Below, piece after piece: positions 33,765 to 34,558 of a stretch of DNA of 34,558 nt. Source of the stretch: a virus (Duplodnaviria > Caudoviricetes); IMG/VR virus record IMGVR_UViG_3300020716_000022, positions 1 to 34,558 of that record, one strand, 5' to 3'. The position numbers and the translations under genes are program-made. Position 1 is the first letter of the stretch; every line of letters begins with the position of its first letter. The notes below the pieces were generated by a model. It did no database searches. It saw only the letters and a program-made list of their open reading frames with translations, and was not told the DNA's origin.

Positions 33765-33792
33765 CTTTTATAAATATTTTGTTTATATATTT

Positions 33793-34558
33793 TTAAATTG
33801 ATATTGTTGAATTTGTTATTCCCTCTTGTTGTATTTGACTTTGTATATTTTGTTGATAGGATTTATTTGCAGAGTTACTTCTCTGTCTCATAGATTTTCC
33901 TCCAGGTAGATTGTTTAAGAATGCATTCAATCCTAATCCATCATTTTCATTTGTATTATTAGGAGAATCTATTAGAGGAGTAGGTACTGTAAAATTATTT
34001 AAAACAACATCATTTACATTCAAATAAGACAGTGATTGATTGATTATAGCTTGATCATCAGCATTTATAGTATTAGTAGGAGGAGTAACTAATCCTTGAG
34101 ATATTAAATTTAACTCCGTTTCTTGTATTATTACATTATTATCAGTAGCAAAAGTAAGTTGGGATTGTGCAACTATACTACCATTTTTATCTAAAGCAAC
34201 TCCTCTCCTTCTAAGATTTGTTATTTGAGGATCAGTTACTTGTTCCTTTTCTATTACAATAGTGTAAGGACCAAAAGTAGAAACTTCAGGATTATTTACA
34301 GGATTGCTACTTACCATATTTACATAAGACTGTAATTCATTTTGTAAAGTTTGTAAATCTTTAGTAGTATTTGTTAAATTATTAACAACATCAGATCCTT
34401 GTACTGCTTTACAAGCCTCTAAATTTAAAAGTAAAGTATTTAACTTGTTTAAAAGTTCTTGAATATTTTGTATAATGTAATTTAATACTTGAATAATTAA
34501 ACTAACTTCAGTATTTATTAGTTTTAATATTAATAAAGCACCTTTTTTCTCGTTTGTT
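33793..34558 (-). CDS. Hypothetical structural protein (partial; starts beyond the window end)
   Basis: The frame of the 33793..34317 ORF stays open to 34558 (...LIIQVLNYIIQNIQELLNKLNTLLLNLEAC...), so ATG 34317 is probably internal. Confidence 0.7.
   Translation of the reverse strand, partial: TNEKKGALLILKLINTEVSLIIQVLNYIIQNIQELLNKLNTLLLNLEACKAVQGSDVVNNLTNTTKDLQTLQNELQSYVNMVSSNPVNNPEVSTFGPYTIVIEKEQVTDPQITNLRRRGVALDKNGSIVAQSQLTFATDNNVIIQETELNLISQGLVTPPTNTINADDQAIINQSLSYLNVNDVVLNNFTVPTPLIDSPNNTNENDGLGLNAFLNNLPGGKSMRQRSNSANKSYQQNIQSQIQQEGITNSTISI

Noticed and set aside
33793-34317. 174-aa complete protein as given in the track
   Set aside because: The frame is open to the window end, so it is most likely the C-terminal part of a longer gene.
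1-34558. Stop-codon reassignment (alternative genetic code), common in some large phages
   Set aside because: Genes are full length under the standard code and end in TAA or occasionally TGA. The terL break is explained by a split intein, and only one isolated suspicious TAA (13808) was seen.
1-34558. tRNA, rRNA, CRISPR array, or DGR template/variable repeats
   Set aside because: None seen by eye. Intergenic gaps are mostly too short, there is no reverse transcriptase, and I noticed no long near-identical repeat pair. A covariance-model scan was not possible.

Overview
Very AT-rich, densely packed segment of a large T4-like (myovirus-type, probably jumbo) dsDNA phage. All credible genes lie on the minus strand. 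In transcription order (right to left) the window holds: a baseplate/tail module (gp25-like, gp6/Baseplate-J-like, DNRLRE-type protein, a 1543-aa Ser/Thr-rich protein, and a tail fibre with an intramolecular chaperone); a small DNA-metabolism block (T7 endonuclease I-like, DnaG-type primase, YqaJ/lambda exonuclease); a cluster of small putative head-internal or accessory proteins; and the head-assembly module (large terminase, portal, prohead protease, and a scaffold running off the left edge). The head module carries five inteins. TerL is fractured by an atypically split intein (33-aa IntN, 109-aa IntC) at Walker B, with a frameshifted remnant of a free-standing endonuclease between the halves. 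The portal has three inteins (two mini, one HNH) and the prohead protease has one LAGLIDADG intein. A second structural gene appears to be fractured without an intein, around an inserted two-gene tail-fibre cassette. Recurrent signals include a TATTTAT motif just upstream of many genes, 'MIKL.D.L.E'/[LIV]-x-E putative capsid-targeting and cleavage signals, and a dense [S/T]-[G/A/S/Q]-S motif in tail and baseplate proteins. A-rich, Shine-Dalgarno-poor starts hint at a Bacteroidota host (inference). All family calls are from motif recognition by eye; no database searches were run.
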